Shown here: positions 45,582 to 54,579 of the stretch, one piece after another
Layout: each line of letters opens with the position of its first letter
How positions within the stretch are numbered: position 1 is the first letter of the stretch
DNA from: a bacterium
Lineage (GTDB): Bacteria > Vulcanimicrobiota > Xenobia > Xenobiales > JADMJV01
Direction: 5' to 3'
Assembly: GCA_030149525.1 (NCBI GenBank)
Contig: JASBRJ010000054.1
Location: forward strand, 599 to 64,598
DNA length: 64,000 nucleotides
Translations under genes and position numbers: made by a program
The notes under the pieces: generated by a model
The model's database searches: none
Seen by the model: only the letters and a program-made list of their open reading frames with translations
What the model was told of the DNA's origin: nothing

Positions 45582-46353
45582 GGAGAACTACGCCTTCTGG
45601 AACGATCGCTTCGACTGGTCGAACCATCGCGGTGATGTTTGGTCCAGGGAATGGGGAGGCCCCACCAATCAGTGGTACTGGTGTGTCTATCCAAGAATCC
45701 GCCGGCAACTCCCCACCGGGACGATCCTGGAAATCGGTCCGGGCCAGGGTCGATGGACTCACTTTCTTCTCCCCTACTGTGAGCGGCTGGTTCTTGTGGA
45801 CATCTCTCACCGCTGCATCGAGGTCTGCCGGGACCGGTTCGGCAAGGCCGCGGTCGAGTGTCATGTGGGCGACGGCCGAACCCTCTCTTTTCAGGAAGAT
45901 GAGAGCGTGGATTTCGTGTTCAGTTTCGAGTCGCTCGTCCATACGGAAATCCTTGATCTCACCTCTTATCTCAAGGAGGTTGCTCGAGTTCTCAAACCCA
46001 AAGGCCGGGCCTTTCTCCACCACTCAAACCTCGGCCACTATCCTCGGTACTACGGGTTGGTAAACGGGATTCCCGGAAGTTTACGGACCACTCTCCAGGG
46101 GCGAGGCGTGCTGGATTTCGATGGTTGGCGAGCCCTTTCCGTCAGCGCCGAAAAAGTGAGACGGGGCGCCGAGCAAGAGCAGTTGACCGTGCATTCTCAG
46201 GAGCTGGTTCCCTGGGGCGGGAAACGCCTTATCGACTGCTTTACAAGCCTTGGGAAAGGCACCGCCGCAGAGACCAAAGTTTATGAAAATCACGAATTTG
46301 CAGAGCGGGCTCGCGAAGTGAAAACCATTTCAGACGCCTATGAGATTCGCTGA
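45568..46353 (+). CDS. Class I SAM-dependent methyltransferase
   Basis: ILEIGPGQGRW, LVDIS, SVDFVFSF, RVLKPKG. Confidence 0.88.
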   Translation: MPTVEENYAFWNDRFDWSNHRGDVWSREWGGPTNQWYWCVYPRIRRQLPTGTILEIGPGQGRWTHFLLPYCERLVLVDISHRCIEVCRDRFGKAAVECHVGDGRTLSFQEDESVDFVFSFESLVHTEILDLTSYLKEVARVLKPKGRAFLHHSNLGHYPRYYGLVNGIPGSLRTTLQGRGVLDFDGWRALSVSAEKVRRGAEQEQLTVHSQELVPWGGKRLIDCFTSLGKGTAAETKVYENHEFAERAREVKTISDAYEIR

Positions 46354-47858
46354 AACTTCACTACGAGATCGTCACCGGCCACTCCGTCTTTGTTGCCGTC
46401 CAAGGGTCGGCCGAAAGGGTCTTTGAGATGTTTGGCCGAGCCTACGAGAGTGTAAGAGCCTTTGGGCAAGCGGGCCACGTTGAAGTCTATCTGATTGGTC
46501 ATAAGCCGCACCTCTTTGGGCGGCCCACTCTGCACAACCTCCCCTTCTTCGTTGAGAATGCGCCAGGCTTCCCCACTGTTGGCCGACTCAGGATCCAGAA
46601 CTTTGTCGAAACGGATCACCACATTCATGGTCTGTCCGTTGGGGAAAGTGTTGAGCTTGGTGGTGACTGTGGGAGGCGACAACTCCTCGGTGAGCGCTCT
46701 TCCGGCGTTGAGGCGACCGTAGCCTAGTTGGCCTTCGTCGTCGGTGTTGAGGGCATCGATAGAGTCGGCGGTTCCGGCGATTTGAGCCCAGCGCTGAGCC
46801 CTGTTCCAGTCGGGGTGGGCACTCTGGAGCAGAAGATCCACGCCCATAGCCACAGGGCTTGCCATGCTTGTGCCGCTCAGAGCACCTGTCCGACCGCCGG
46901 GCAAGGTGGAAAGGATATCGCTTCCAGGCGCCGAGATGTCGATACCCCAGCCGTAGTTGGAAAACTCACTCCGTTGATCCACATGCTCGGGATCGGTTTG
47001 AGTGGAAGCCACCAGCACGACATCGTCGAGAACGCTTCTTTTGGGGTTGCGTCGACCGCTGTTACCCGCAGAGTTAAAAAGGAGCACATCGTTGTCGGCC
47101 AGTTCCCGGTAAGTGGTCTCGATCGCCCGGTCACCGACAAAGCCGTCGATATTAAAACTCGTGTTGATGCTTTTGACACCCTCTTGGAGAGCGTAGAGAT
47201 AGGACTCTACCATCATAGAGGAGCTGAATCTTCTCTTTCCTCCACCGATGCGAAGAGACATACCTCGCGCTTGGGGTGCGACTCCCACAACCCCGGACTC
47301 GCCCTCCTGGGCGTGCAGAATGCCGAAAACATGGGTGTGATGGGTGCCGTCGGGCTCTGCCGGGTCGGCATCGTCGTCGGAGAAGTCCCAGCCCACCACA
47401 TCGTCGATCTTGCCGTTGTGATCGTCGTCGGTTCCGTTGCCATCGACCTCTTCGGCGTTCTTCCAAACGGCGGATTGAATCTGCGGATGGTCGAGATCAA
47501 GGCCGGAGTCTGTCACGGCCGAGAGAATAGAGGAATCGCCCCGAGTGACCTCCCAGGCCTTCTTGATATCGATAATATCGAGATGACGGGGAAGCCCCTG
47601 ACCCTCCTCGGCAATCGAGCCCGGCACCGGCGCATCGACCAAGTCGCCTTCGTACTGGTAGTTGGGAAAGACTTGAACGCCGGTGTCTGCAAGACTTTTG
47701 AGAGTCTCTACCGAGTCGGTGAGAAAGAAGGCCGTCTCTTTGGTGGTACCGAGCATCTTATCCTGATCGCTACCGGCAAGGCTCGATAACGAAGCGACCG
47801 AGTTCCGAGGGGCCGCAACGATGTAACTCTTGGGAATAAGATGTCTGGTGATATTCAT
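46338..47858 (-). CDS. S8 subtilisin-like protease with C-terminal Ig-like domain and no obvious signal peptide
   Basis: VTDSG, HHTHVFG, SAGN, GTSMASP; C-term LKDPFGRPLDGNKDGVAG. Confidence 0.9.
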   Translation of the reverse strand: MNITRHLIPKSYIVAAPRNSVASLSSLAGSDQDKMLGTTKETAFFLTDSVETLKSLADTGVQVFPNYQYEGDLVDAPVPGSIAEEGQGLPRHLDIIDIKKAWEVTRGDSSILSAVTDSGLDLDHPQIQSAVWKNAEEVDGNGTDDDHNGKIDDVVGWDFSDDDADPAEPDGTHHTHVFGILHAQEGESGVVGVAPQARGMSLRIGGGKRRFSSSMMVESYLYALQEGVKSINTSFNIDGFVGDRAIETTYRELADNDVLLFNSAGNSGRRNPKRSVLDDVVLVASTQTDPEHVDQRSEFSNYGWGIDISAPGSDILSTLPGGRTGALSGTSMASPVAMGVDLLLQSAHPDWNRAQRWAQIAGTADSIDALNTDDEGQLGYGRLNAGRALTEELSPPTVTTKLNTFPNGQTMNVVIRFDKVLDPESANSGEAWRILNEEGEVVQSGPPKEVRLMTNQIDFNVARLPKGSYTLVGSAKHLKDPFGRPLDGNKDGVAGDDLVVKFQRIS

Positions 47859-47925
47859 CCAAGCATGATTTTGCCATCCGCTCCCGTGCAAGATGAAGCG
47901 AACATGTTAAAGCCTGGTCGAATCG

Positions 47926-48630
47926 TTACTCCGAGAGCGGAAACTGAACCGCAATCTCAAACACCGTGGGATTGACCTCCTGAAGCACGGAGTTAGAACT
48001 TTCGATCTCCTTATCGCCCATAATCTCAGCGAAAGCCTCCTCTCCCACATTGGAATCGGCACCGGCCTGAACCCGAGCGTGGAGGCCGTCGAGAGCCCCA
48101 CCGCTCCAGTTGGTGACCGAACCACCGTAGTCCCAACCGAGTCCGAGGAGCTTGAACGGCTTTTCGTTTAGCCTCTCCAAATCTTTCACGGTGGTGCCGA
48201 GGGTGACTCCCTGAGGAGTGTGCCACTTGGAATTTTCCCCCTGAATCCTGATCATCTGAACCACCGACGGGTCTTCGTCCCACCAAAAAATCTCCACCAT
48301 GGTCGTCTTGTCGTCGGGGAAGACGGTGACTCCCTCCTTCTCCATCCCCTCGCCTACGTACAGCTTGGTCTTGAGGACATTCCTTTCCCCGTAGGTCTTC
48401 ACCAGCGACTCATAGGTGCTGCTTCGACCGATCTCTCCCACGCTTTTGCCCGGAATTATAAGAAAATCGCTCGACTGCGGTGTGGGATCAGGTGTGGCCC
48501 AGGACTGGGGAGACGATGTTGCCGCCACAGGCGCCGGGGGGGTCGACGTGGCAACCGGGGGTGGCTCTTGTTTGACCGAACAGCCCGAAACCAAAGAGAG
48601 AAGCAGAAAGGCAGCAAAAGTTCTTTTCAT
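47926..48630 (-). CDS. Hypothetical lipoprotein
   Basis: Lipobox VSGC, Pro/Thr linker, GLGWDYGG. Confidence 0.75.
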   Translation of the reverse strand: MKRTFAAFLLLSLVSGCSVKQEPPPVATSTPPAPVAATSSPQSWATPDPTPQSSDFLIIPGKSVGEIGRSSTYESLVKTYGERNVLKTKLYVGEGMEKEGVTVFPDDKTTMVEIFWWDEDPSVVQMIRIQGENSKWHTPQGVTLGTTVKDLERLNEKPFKLLGLGWDYGGSVTNWSGGALDGLHARVQAGADSNVGEEAFAEIMGDKEIESSNSVLQEVNPTVFEIAVQFPLSE

Positions 48631-48664
48631 CCCTCACGGTTCGAGCGCCCCTCATGCGCTCCTT

Positions 48665-49570
48665 TTAGTCCAGGAGAGACCCATGAGGCAACCTAGCCCC
48701 ACGACGAGGAGGCCGAATACCGGAGAACGCAATCCAGTATAAGATGCGAAAGCGTTGCCCTCGATAGGGCTCAAGCAGCCTCAGCATGTCGTCGTCGTTA
48801 CCGTCTCGACGCCCCTCGAAAAAATAGCCCACAATCTTAGGAAGATCGTAGTCTCCTAAAGGCACGGCGTCGGGGTCCCCCAGGAAGTGACCCCTGACAT
48901 ACTGCTCCGTCCAACCCCCGATGCCACGACAAGCAAGCATCTTCTCACCGGCTTCTTCCCACGGGATATGCGTTGGAAGCAATGCCGGAAGACGAGCTGC
49001 AGCCTCTCTGATCGGTATTTCTCTTTTCCTCTCAATTCCACAGGAGGCAAAATCTGCCGAGCTGAGAGACAACAGTGTTCTTGCCGAGGGGCAGCTCACG
49101 AGACCGTCCCATGACTCCCCGAAGCGGCGACAGAGACGGCTCCAAGAACGGGCCGCCTCCGTACCGGACACCCTTTGGTGGAGGATGGTTTGAATCACAA
49201 CTTCTTGGAACCAAAAGCTGCGCCCCAGGCGAATCTGGCGAGCGCGAGCCGGCACTCGATGCAACACCGAGCCGCTGGATATATCCAGGTTGTAACGGTC
49301 CTCAAGAGCAATCAATCGCTCGATATCGGACTGCTGAAGCGAAACGGCTTGAACCGGTTCCTCTCGAGTCTCAAGCTCCACCACGATGCAATGATCGTTG
49401 CAGCCTGCCGTGATCCTGGCCAGATTCTCGCCCAACCAGAACAGCTTGCGCCGACCTCCTCTAGGAAGCCTCAGTTGAGTGGGGTCGTTTGCAGGGAGTC
49501 CGAAACATCGCAAGGCCGAGGACAATCGGTATCCTTCAGGTTTAGGAAATGACCATCTCAACTTCGCCAT
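48665..49570 (-). CDS. AlkA-family HhH-GPD DNA glycosylase
   Basis: ILHQRVS, CRGIGGWT, GDPDAVPLGDY. Confidence 0.85.
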   Translation of the reverse strand: MAKLRWSFPKPEGYRLSSALRCFGLPANDPTQLRLPRGGRRKLFWLGENLARITAGCNDHCIVVELETREEPVQAVSLQQSDIERLIALEDRYNLDISSGSVLHRVPARARQIRLGRSFWFQEVVIQTILHQRVSGTEAARSWSRLCRRFGESWDGLVSCPSARTLLSLSSADFASCGIERKREIPIREAAARLPALLPTHIPWEEAGEKMLACRGIGGWTEQYVRGHFLGDPDAVPLGDYDLPKIVGYFFEGRRDGNDDDMLRLLEPYRGQRFRILYWIAFSGIRPPRRGARLPHGSLLD

Positions 49571-49611
49571 GGAAGAGAGTTTGAACCTTCGAGGTGGCAA
49601 ACTCCTTTAGA

Positions 49612-51018
49612 CTAGAGAAGCGGATGAAGCATTTTGGCAACGGACCGTTTCAGCCGCTGAGGTGCCGACTCTTTCTCAAAAAACTCTCGACTCAGCTTCT
49701 CCGCCTTCTCAAAGTCCGAACCCAACAACTCGTCCATCGACTTCACAATGTCGTTGTCCTCAATCCAAGCCACCAGTTCCAGATTCAAGCGAAAAGACCG
49801 ATAGTCGAAGTTGGCACTCCCTACCAGAACCCCCTTGTCGTCCACCAGGAGGGCTTTCTGGTGGAGCGCTCCTTGGCACTTACGATAGATCTCGATTTTG
49901 GAGTGGGTGATAAGACGCTCCGCATTGGTCAGGTTGGCACAATCGGCAAGCTTGACTTCACTCTCTTCGGGAATGATTATCTTGACCTCGACTCCACGGA
50001 GGGCTGCTGCCTCAAGAGCCGCCAGCCCCTTCTCGTCTGGAATTAAGTAAGGGCTCGACAGCCAGATCTTCTCCTGAGCACTATTGAGCGCCGACAGGTA
50101 AGACAAACCGGCAGGGTCCCAAAAATCGCGGGGTTCACTGGGAACGATCGTCATCCGAACCGAACCGTGACGGGAGGCCTTCCATCGAGCCGGCGGTACA
50201 TCGCCTGTGACATGAAAATAGTCTCGAATGAAACTCTGCTGAGCGACTAACACCGCAGGGCCTTTCACCCGAAAGTGAGTGTCTCGCCAATGGCCCACTT
50301 CCGGATCTCTGGAGAGATAGGCGTCTCCAACATTGTGCCCTCCGATGAAAGCCGTCTCACCATCCACAATACAATTCTTGCGGTGGTTGCGAAAATTGCC
50401 TTCATAGGGGTCGGTGTAGCCTACGGAGGGGTCGTGGGCTGCAACCTCGGCTCCCACGTCTCGCAGGGGTTGAAGCCACTCATCGTCTAAGCCGGATTCA
50501 AACGGGTCGTAAAAAAGATAAACTCTGACACCCCGGCGGCCCGCTCTCTCCAGATGGTCGCGAAACTCCTTACCGGTCCGGTCGTCCCGGATCTCGTAGA
50601 ACTGAGCGAAAATGTACTCTTGCGCCTGATCCATGGCCGAATATATGGCCTCGAACGTGGCCGGTCCGTCCTTAAAAATCTCCACCGAATTGCCGTCTGT
50701 GGTGGGGAAGCGATCGATCTCCGACATGGCCACGGCCACCGGCGAGTCTGAACGGACCACGAACGGCTGAAGCTCCTGCAGAATGCGCTCTTCGTGCTCC
50801 TGGAGTTCAGCCAACTTCTCACTCCGATTCTTGGCAAACCCTCCCGAAAAGCTTCGCCCCACGAGCCAGTACCACGGTACAAAGAGCTGAGGGAGTATCG
50901 ACAGGCTGGCACTCCAGGCAAACTTGGAAAAATTGTCCCGGGGTTGCACCAAAGCGTGGGCGGCACTGGCCAGTCCCGCGAGGTAGAATAGAAGATTGAT
51001 GAGTAGAAAAGTTTTCAT
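49612..51018 (-). CDS. cls: Cardiolipin synthase (phospholipase D family)
   Basis: N-terminal TM helices; two HKD motifs HRKNCIVD and HQKALLVD; GSANFDYRS. Confidence 0.9.
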   Translation of the reverse strand: MKTFLLINLLFYLAGLASAAHALVQPRDNFSKFAWSASLSILPQLFVPWYWLVGRSFSGGFAKNRSEKLAELQEHEERILQELQPFVVRSDSPVAVAMSEIDRFPTTDGNSVEIFKDGPATFEAIYSAMDQAQEYIFAQFYEIRDDRTGKEFRDHLERAGRRGVRVYLFYDPFESGLDDEWLQPLRDVGAEVAAHDPSVGYTDPYEGNFRNHRKNCIVDGETAFIGGHNVGDAYLSRDPEVGHWRDTHFRVKGPAVLVAQQSFIRDYFHVTGDVPPARWKASRHGSVRMTIVPSEPRDFWDPAGLSYLSALNSAQEKIWLSSPYLIPDEKGLAALEAAALRGVEVKIIIPEESEVKLADCANLTNAERLITHSKIEIYRKCQGALHQKALLVDDKGVLVGSANFDYRSFRLNLELVAWIEDNDIVKSMDELLGSDFEKAEKLSREFFEKESAPQRLKRSVAKMLHPLL

Positions 51019-51038
51019 GGCTGTCCCTCCCCAACCCG

Positions 51039-51080
51039 AAAAAAAAAGGAGCCCGTAGGGCGATCTGAGCCCGGGCTCCT
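51039..51080 (-). terminator. Terminator hairpin immediately upstream of the cls RBS
   Basis: Minus strand GGAGCCCG...CGGGCTCC followed by nine T. Confidence 0.75.
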
Positions 51081-51239
51081 TCTGAGTAGTCGGCGGGTCG
51101 CCGTTCTCATTGATAGGTTAGTACGTTGTTCTATAGATAGAATAGCGAGGTCGGTAGCAAAACCCACCCTCCAGGCGTCTACAATCGGGGTATTCTATGG
51201 GGTACTATACCTTTGATTCGGATGATACCGTTGAGCGGT

Positions 51240-52016
51240 CTAGCGAAGAAGGCGCTGCGGCGGCCAGCCCTTGAAATGTCCGGCCACCGCCTGGCTCAGC
51301 CATCCTAGAGCTTCAGGGATCATGCCTTTGAGTTCATACAGATAGGCCAGTCGCATCTGGTCTTTCACACCTTCGGGCTGACCGAACTCCTTGATGGCCT
51401 CCCAGGTGACCTGAGGGACACCGTCAAGCGCCCCGCGCAATTCCTTAGAATTCAGGAGGGCCAATTTGTAGGAAGTGACGGCCTCTGCCAAACTCCCCTT
51501 TCGCATATGAAGGTCTCCCAGCAGAAGATGGACCTCGTGACTTTTCGGAAACACCTTGGCATAGCTTCGGGCATGCATTAGAGCCTGATCGATATCGCCT
51601 CGCTCTGCGTCCAGACGGGCCAGCCACCAATGGGCGTTGGGCTGAGTTGGGTCTCCCTCGACCGCTTCTCTTAAAGCTCGTTCACCGTCGGCGATTCGCC
51701 CTTCCCCAAGAGCTGCTATTCCTCGTTGAAGATAGGTCGAAGTGAGCGGCTTAAGAACGGCGTGTCTTTTGAGCGCCGCGCTCCCCTCGACTTCAATGGT
51801 TTCGGTAAAAGGGTGAAAGGACTCTCCGTTAGCGACTCGCACCTTGTGCGGGCCTGGTGAAAGCTTCTCCAGTTTGAGGGGAGTCCGACCGACGATCTTG
51901 TGGTCGATAGCCACCAAACAGTTGGAGGGCTCCGAAGTGATCTCGAGAGACTGAGCCACGCTCGATTGGGTCAAAGACAGAGATAAGAAAGCCAATGCAA
52001 GAATTCTTTTCATCAC
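51240..52016 (-). CDS. Secreted PEGA-domain / TPR protein
   Basis: Signal peptide; LEITSEP...VGRTPL..L.PG.H (PEGA); TPR helices. Confidence 0.8.
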   Translation of the reverse strand: MMKRILALAFLSLSLTQSSVAQSLEITSEPSNCLVAIDHKIVGRTPLKLEKLSPGPHKVRVANGESFHPFTETIEVEGSAALKRHAVLKPLTSTYLQRGIAALGEGRIADGERALREAVEGDPTQPNAHWWLARLDAERGDIDQALMHARSYAKVFPKSHEVHLLLGDLHMRKGSLAEAVTSYKLALLNSKELRGALDGVPQVTWEAIKEFGQPEGVKDQMRLAYLYELKGMIPEALGWLSQAVAGHFKGWPPQRLLR

Positions 52017-52031
52017 AGCATTGATTTTCCC

Positions 52032-53471
52032 TCAAGACACTCGCCTCCCTGGGGGAAGAGGAAAGAATGTGGGTTGAGCGAGTCGTCTCATCCAGCCGCC
52101 CACCGAACCGGCCCCTAAGCCGACGACGAGATCACCCGGTCGACAAACGGTCCGGACCTGAGACTTGAGTTCCGGGAATCCGGGGACAAAAAGAATCGTC
52201 TTGCCGGGATAGGCCGCCACTAGGGAGCGATAGAGACTGTGCCCGTCGACGCCCGTAATCGGCTCCTCACCGGCCCCGAAAATCTCCGTCACCATAATCA
52301 CGTCGGCGTTGTCGAAAGCGAAGGGATATTGATCTTGTAGCAACTTGGAGCGAGTGTATCGATGGGGCTGAAAGACGGCCACGACGCGCTCGCGACAGAC
52401 CGACCGAGCCCCCGCCAGAGCAGCTTCAATCTTCTGGGGATTGTGAGCGTAATCGTCTACGTAAATCACTCCGTTGCTTTCGCCCACAATTTCAAATCGA
52501 CGGCGAATTCCTTGGAAACGCTCGATGGCTCCGGCAATATCTTCGAATCGAAGACCGGCGTTCAGCGCTATGCCCACAGCGGCGAGAGCGTTTCGAAGAT
52601 TATGCGAACCGGGAAGCGGAACTCGAAGAACACCCAGCGGGCGGCCCTCAAGAACAATCCGGGCTTGGGTGCAATGGCCGTCCTGTTGAACATCAACGGC
52701 ACGAAGCTTCGCTTCCTCATCCAAGCCGTAAGTCAACCACTGGGGGCTGGCTATCAGTCGCAGCATGCGCTTTATGTTGGGATGATCGCAACAAACCAAA
52801 AGTCTTTGTTCAACACCCAGGCAAAATTTGAGAAAGACCTGAGTGACCTCTTCCAGCGCCTGATCGAGGTTGTAGGAACAGCCGGAATATCTCTCAGAAG
52901 TGACATTGATATCGGGATCGATGCTAGTCAGAACGGCGTACTGAGGCTGGAATTTCTCCAGGGTACCGTCCGACTCGTCTGCCTCGGCTATGAGGATATC
53001 GGATGTCCCAACAACACAGTTCGTCTTTTCTTTGGCCAACTCTCCGCCGAGGAGCGCTGTGGGCGATAGACCGTTGGAGGACAAGACATGATAAATCAGA
53101 GATGAGGTCGTCGTCTTTCCGTGGGTTCCGGCCACAACCACGCTTTGGAGGTCGGAGATAAACTCCGCCAGCAAATCGGAACGATGGAGAATGGGGATAT
53201 TCATGGCCTGATAGACCTGGAGTTCTCGATGATCCGGAGGGATGGCCGATGAAACTATCACACGATTGGCATCTCTTCTTGCTTGCGCCTCCGGCCCGGT
53301 CTCAATTTCCGCACCAAGCTCTCGCAGTTCACGAGTTCGACGACCGGCCTGAAGATCGGTTCCGGAGACCCGTTTCCCGCGCTTGAGGCAGAGTTTCGCT
53401 AGAGCCGACATGCCGACGCCACCCGCCCCCAGAAAATGGGTTGTTCCTATGTCCTCTTTGATGTAGTTCAC
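52032..53471 (-). CDS. murC: UDP-N-acetylmuramate--L-alanine ligase-like protein (divergent)
   Basis: GAGGVGMSAL, GTHGKTTT, EADESDG, DDYAHNP, FQPHRYTR. Confidence 0.85.
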   Translation of the reverse strand: MNYIKEDIGTTHFLGAGGVGMSALAKLCLKRGKRVSGTDLQAGRRTRELRELGAEIETGPEAQARRDANRVIVSSAIPPDHRELQVYQAMNIPILHRSDLLAEFISDLQSVVVAGTHGKTTTSSLIYHVLSSNGLSPTALLGGELAKEKTNCVVGTSDILIAEADESDGTLEKFQPQYAVLTSIDPDINVTSERYSGCSYNLDQALEEVTQVFLKFCLGVEQRLLVCCDHPNIKRMLRLIASPQWLTYGLDEEAKLRAVDVQQDGHCTQARIVLEGRPLGVLRVPLPGSHNLRNALAAVGIALNAGLRFEDIAGAIERFQGIRRRFEIVGESNGVIYVDDYAHNPQKIEAALAGARSVCRERVVAVFQPHRYTRSKLLQDQYPFAFDNADVIMVTEIFGAGEEPITGVDGHSLYRSLVAAYPGKTILFVPGFPELKSQVRTVCRPGDLVVGLGAGSVGGWMRRLAQPTFFPLPPGRRVS

Positions 53472-53592
53472 TGACTCTAGAATGGAAGAAATCAGCCTGG
53501 CTCAAAAGGCCCTATAGAGGATTGAAACGGTATCTCTTTGGATAATGGCCGGATATGGGAAGTGCACCGGACCGCGCATCGGAAGGAAGGCT

Positions 53593-54579
53593 TCAGCGAC
53601 CCGGCGCCTGCCCCGACAGCAGACGAGAGACTGTTTCACCTACCCTGCGGCTATCCACAATGTGAGTCGCCGCTCCCAGCATAATCGCTGATTCGGGCAT
53701 CCCCGCCACGGCAGCGGTGGAAGGATCTTCCACCACAGTGACAGCACCGGCCAGGCGCAACTCCAGCAGCCCTCTGGCTCCGTCGGCGCCCATCCCGGAA
53801 AGGACAATCCCCAAACTCTCGTTACCGCGAGAGCGGGCAAACGACTCAAAAAGCCTATCGGCGGAAGGGGCAAAGTGATCTTGAGGAGAGGCCTTCCCCA
53901 AATAGAGTTCTCGATCATTGAAAAGCAGATGACGACCGGGAAGCCCGACGTAGAGAGTGCCCGGCTCCGGAACAATATTGGCGGTGACCAATTCACATCG
54001 CCAATCCGTCACTTCCCTCAGCCAGGTCAAGAAGCCTGAGGTCCCTTCCTGAGTCAGATGTTGAACGAGTATGGCACTGACGCCTGTGTCGGGTCGAACT
54101 TGCCGCAAAAGTTGTTCGACCGTGCGGGGGCCACCAGAGGAAGAGGCGATGAGCATAAAATGCCTCTTCTTGAAGAGATGACTTCGGTAGTTCCGTCGAC
54201 GAATGACTCGCAAACCTCTCATGAGCCGGACAGTCTTGACTAACTCCCGGTAGCTTGCTTGAAAGTCCTCGCTCTTGCTGACCACGGCCACAGCGCCCGA
54301 GCGTTCGGCACTACTTTTGAACTCTGCCGGGCTTGCCGTGAAGAGGACGATAGGCACAGGATAAAGCTCCAGAAGCTTCTCCGTGACTTGAGGGCCGCTC
54401 AGCCCAGGCAGTTGACCGTCCACCACCACAACGTTTGGCTTTAGGATGGGAACCAGGCGCAAACACTCTCGGCCGTCTCCCACTGCGGCCACAACCTGAA
54501 TATCGTCCTCTTCGGAGAATTGCTTCAGAAGAGCTTCTCGCTGAAAATCACTGTCTTCTAGAAGAACGATTCGTATCAC
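53593..54579 (-). CDS. cheB: Chemotaxis methylesterase CheB (WspF-like)
   Basis: REC domain plus ASSSGG, VQH, PSADRLF, LSGMGADG, GMP. Confidence 0.92.
   Translation of the reverse strand: MIRIVLLEDSDFQREALLKQFSEEDDIQVVAAVGDGRECLRLVPILKPNVVVVDGQLPGLSGPQVTEKLLELYPVPIVLFTASPAEFKSSAERSGAVAVVSKSEDFQASYRELVKTVRLMRGLRVIRRRNYRSHLFKKRHFMLIASSSGGPRTVEQLLRQVRPDTGVSAILVQHLTQEGTSGFLTWLREVTDWRCELVTANIVPEPGTLYVGLPGRHLLFNDRELYLGKASPQDHFAPSADRLFESFARSRGNESLGIVLSGMGADGARGLLELRLAGAVTVVEDPSTAAVAGMPESAIMLGAATHIVDSRRVGETVSRLLSGQAPGR

Noticed and set aside
46728-47789. 353 aa plus-strand ORF
   Set aside because: Antisense shadow of the S8 protease
51020-51200. Known riboswitch class in the cls leader
   Set aside because: No match by eye to fluoride, yybP-ykoY, c-di-GMP or ZTP consensus; kept only as an unclassified attenuator candidate
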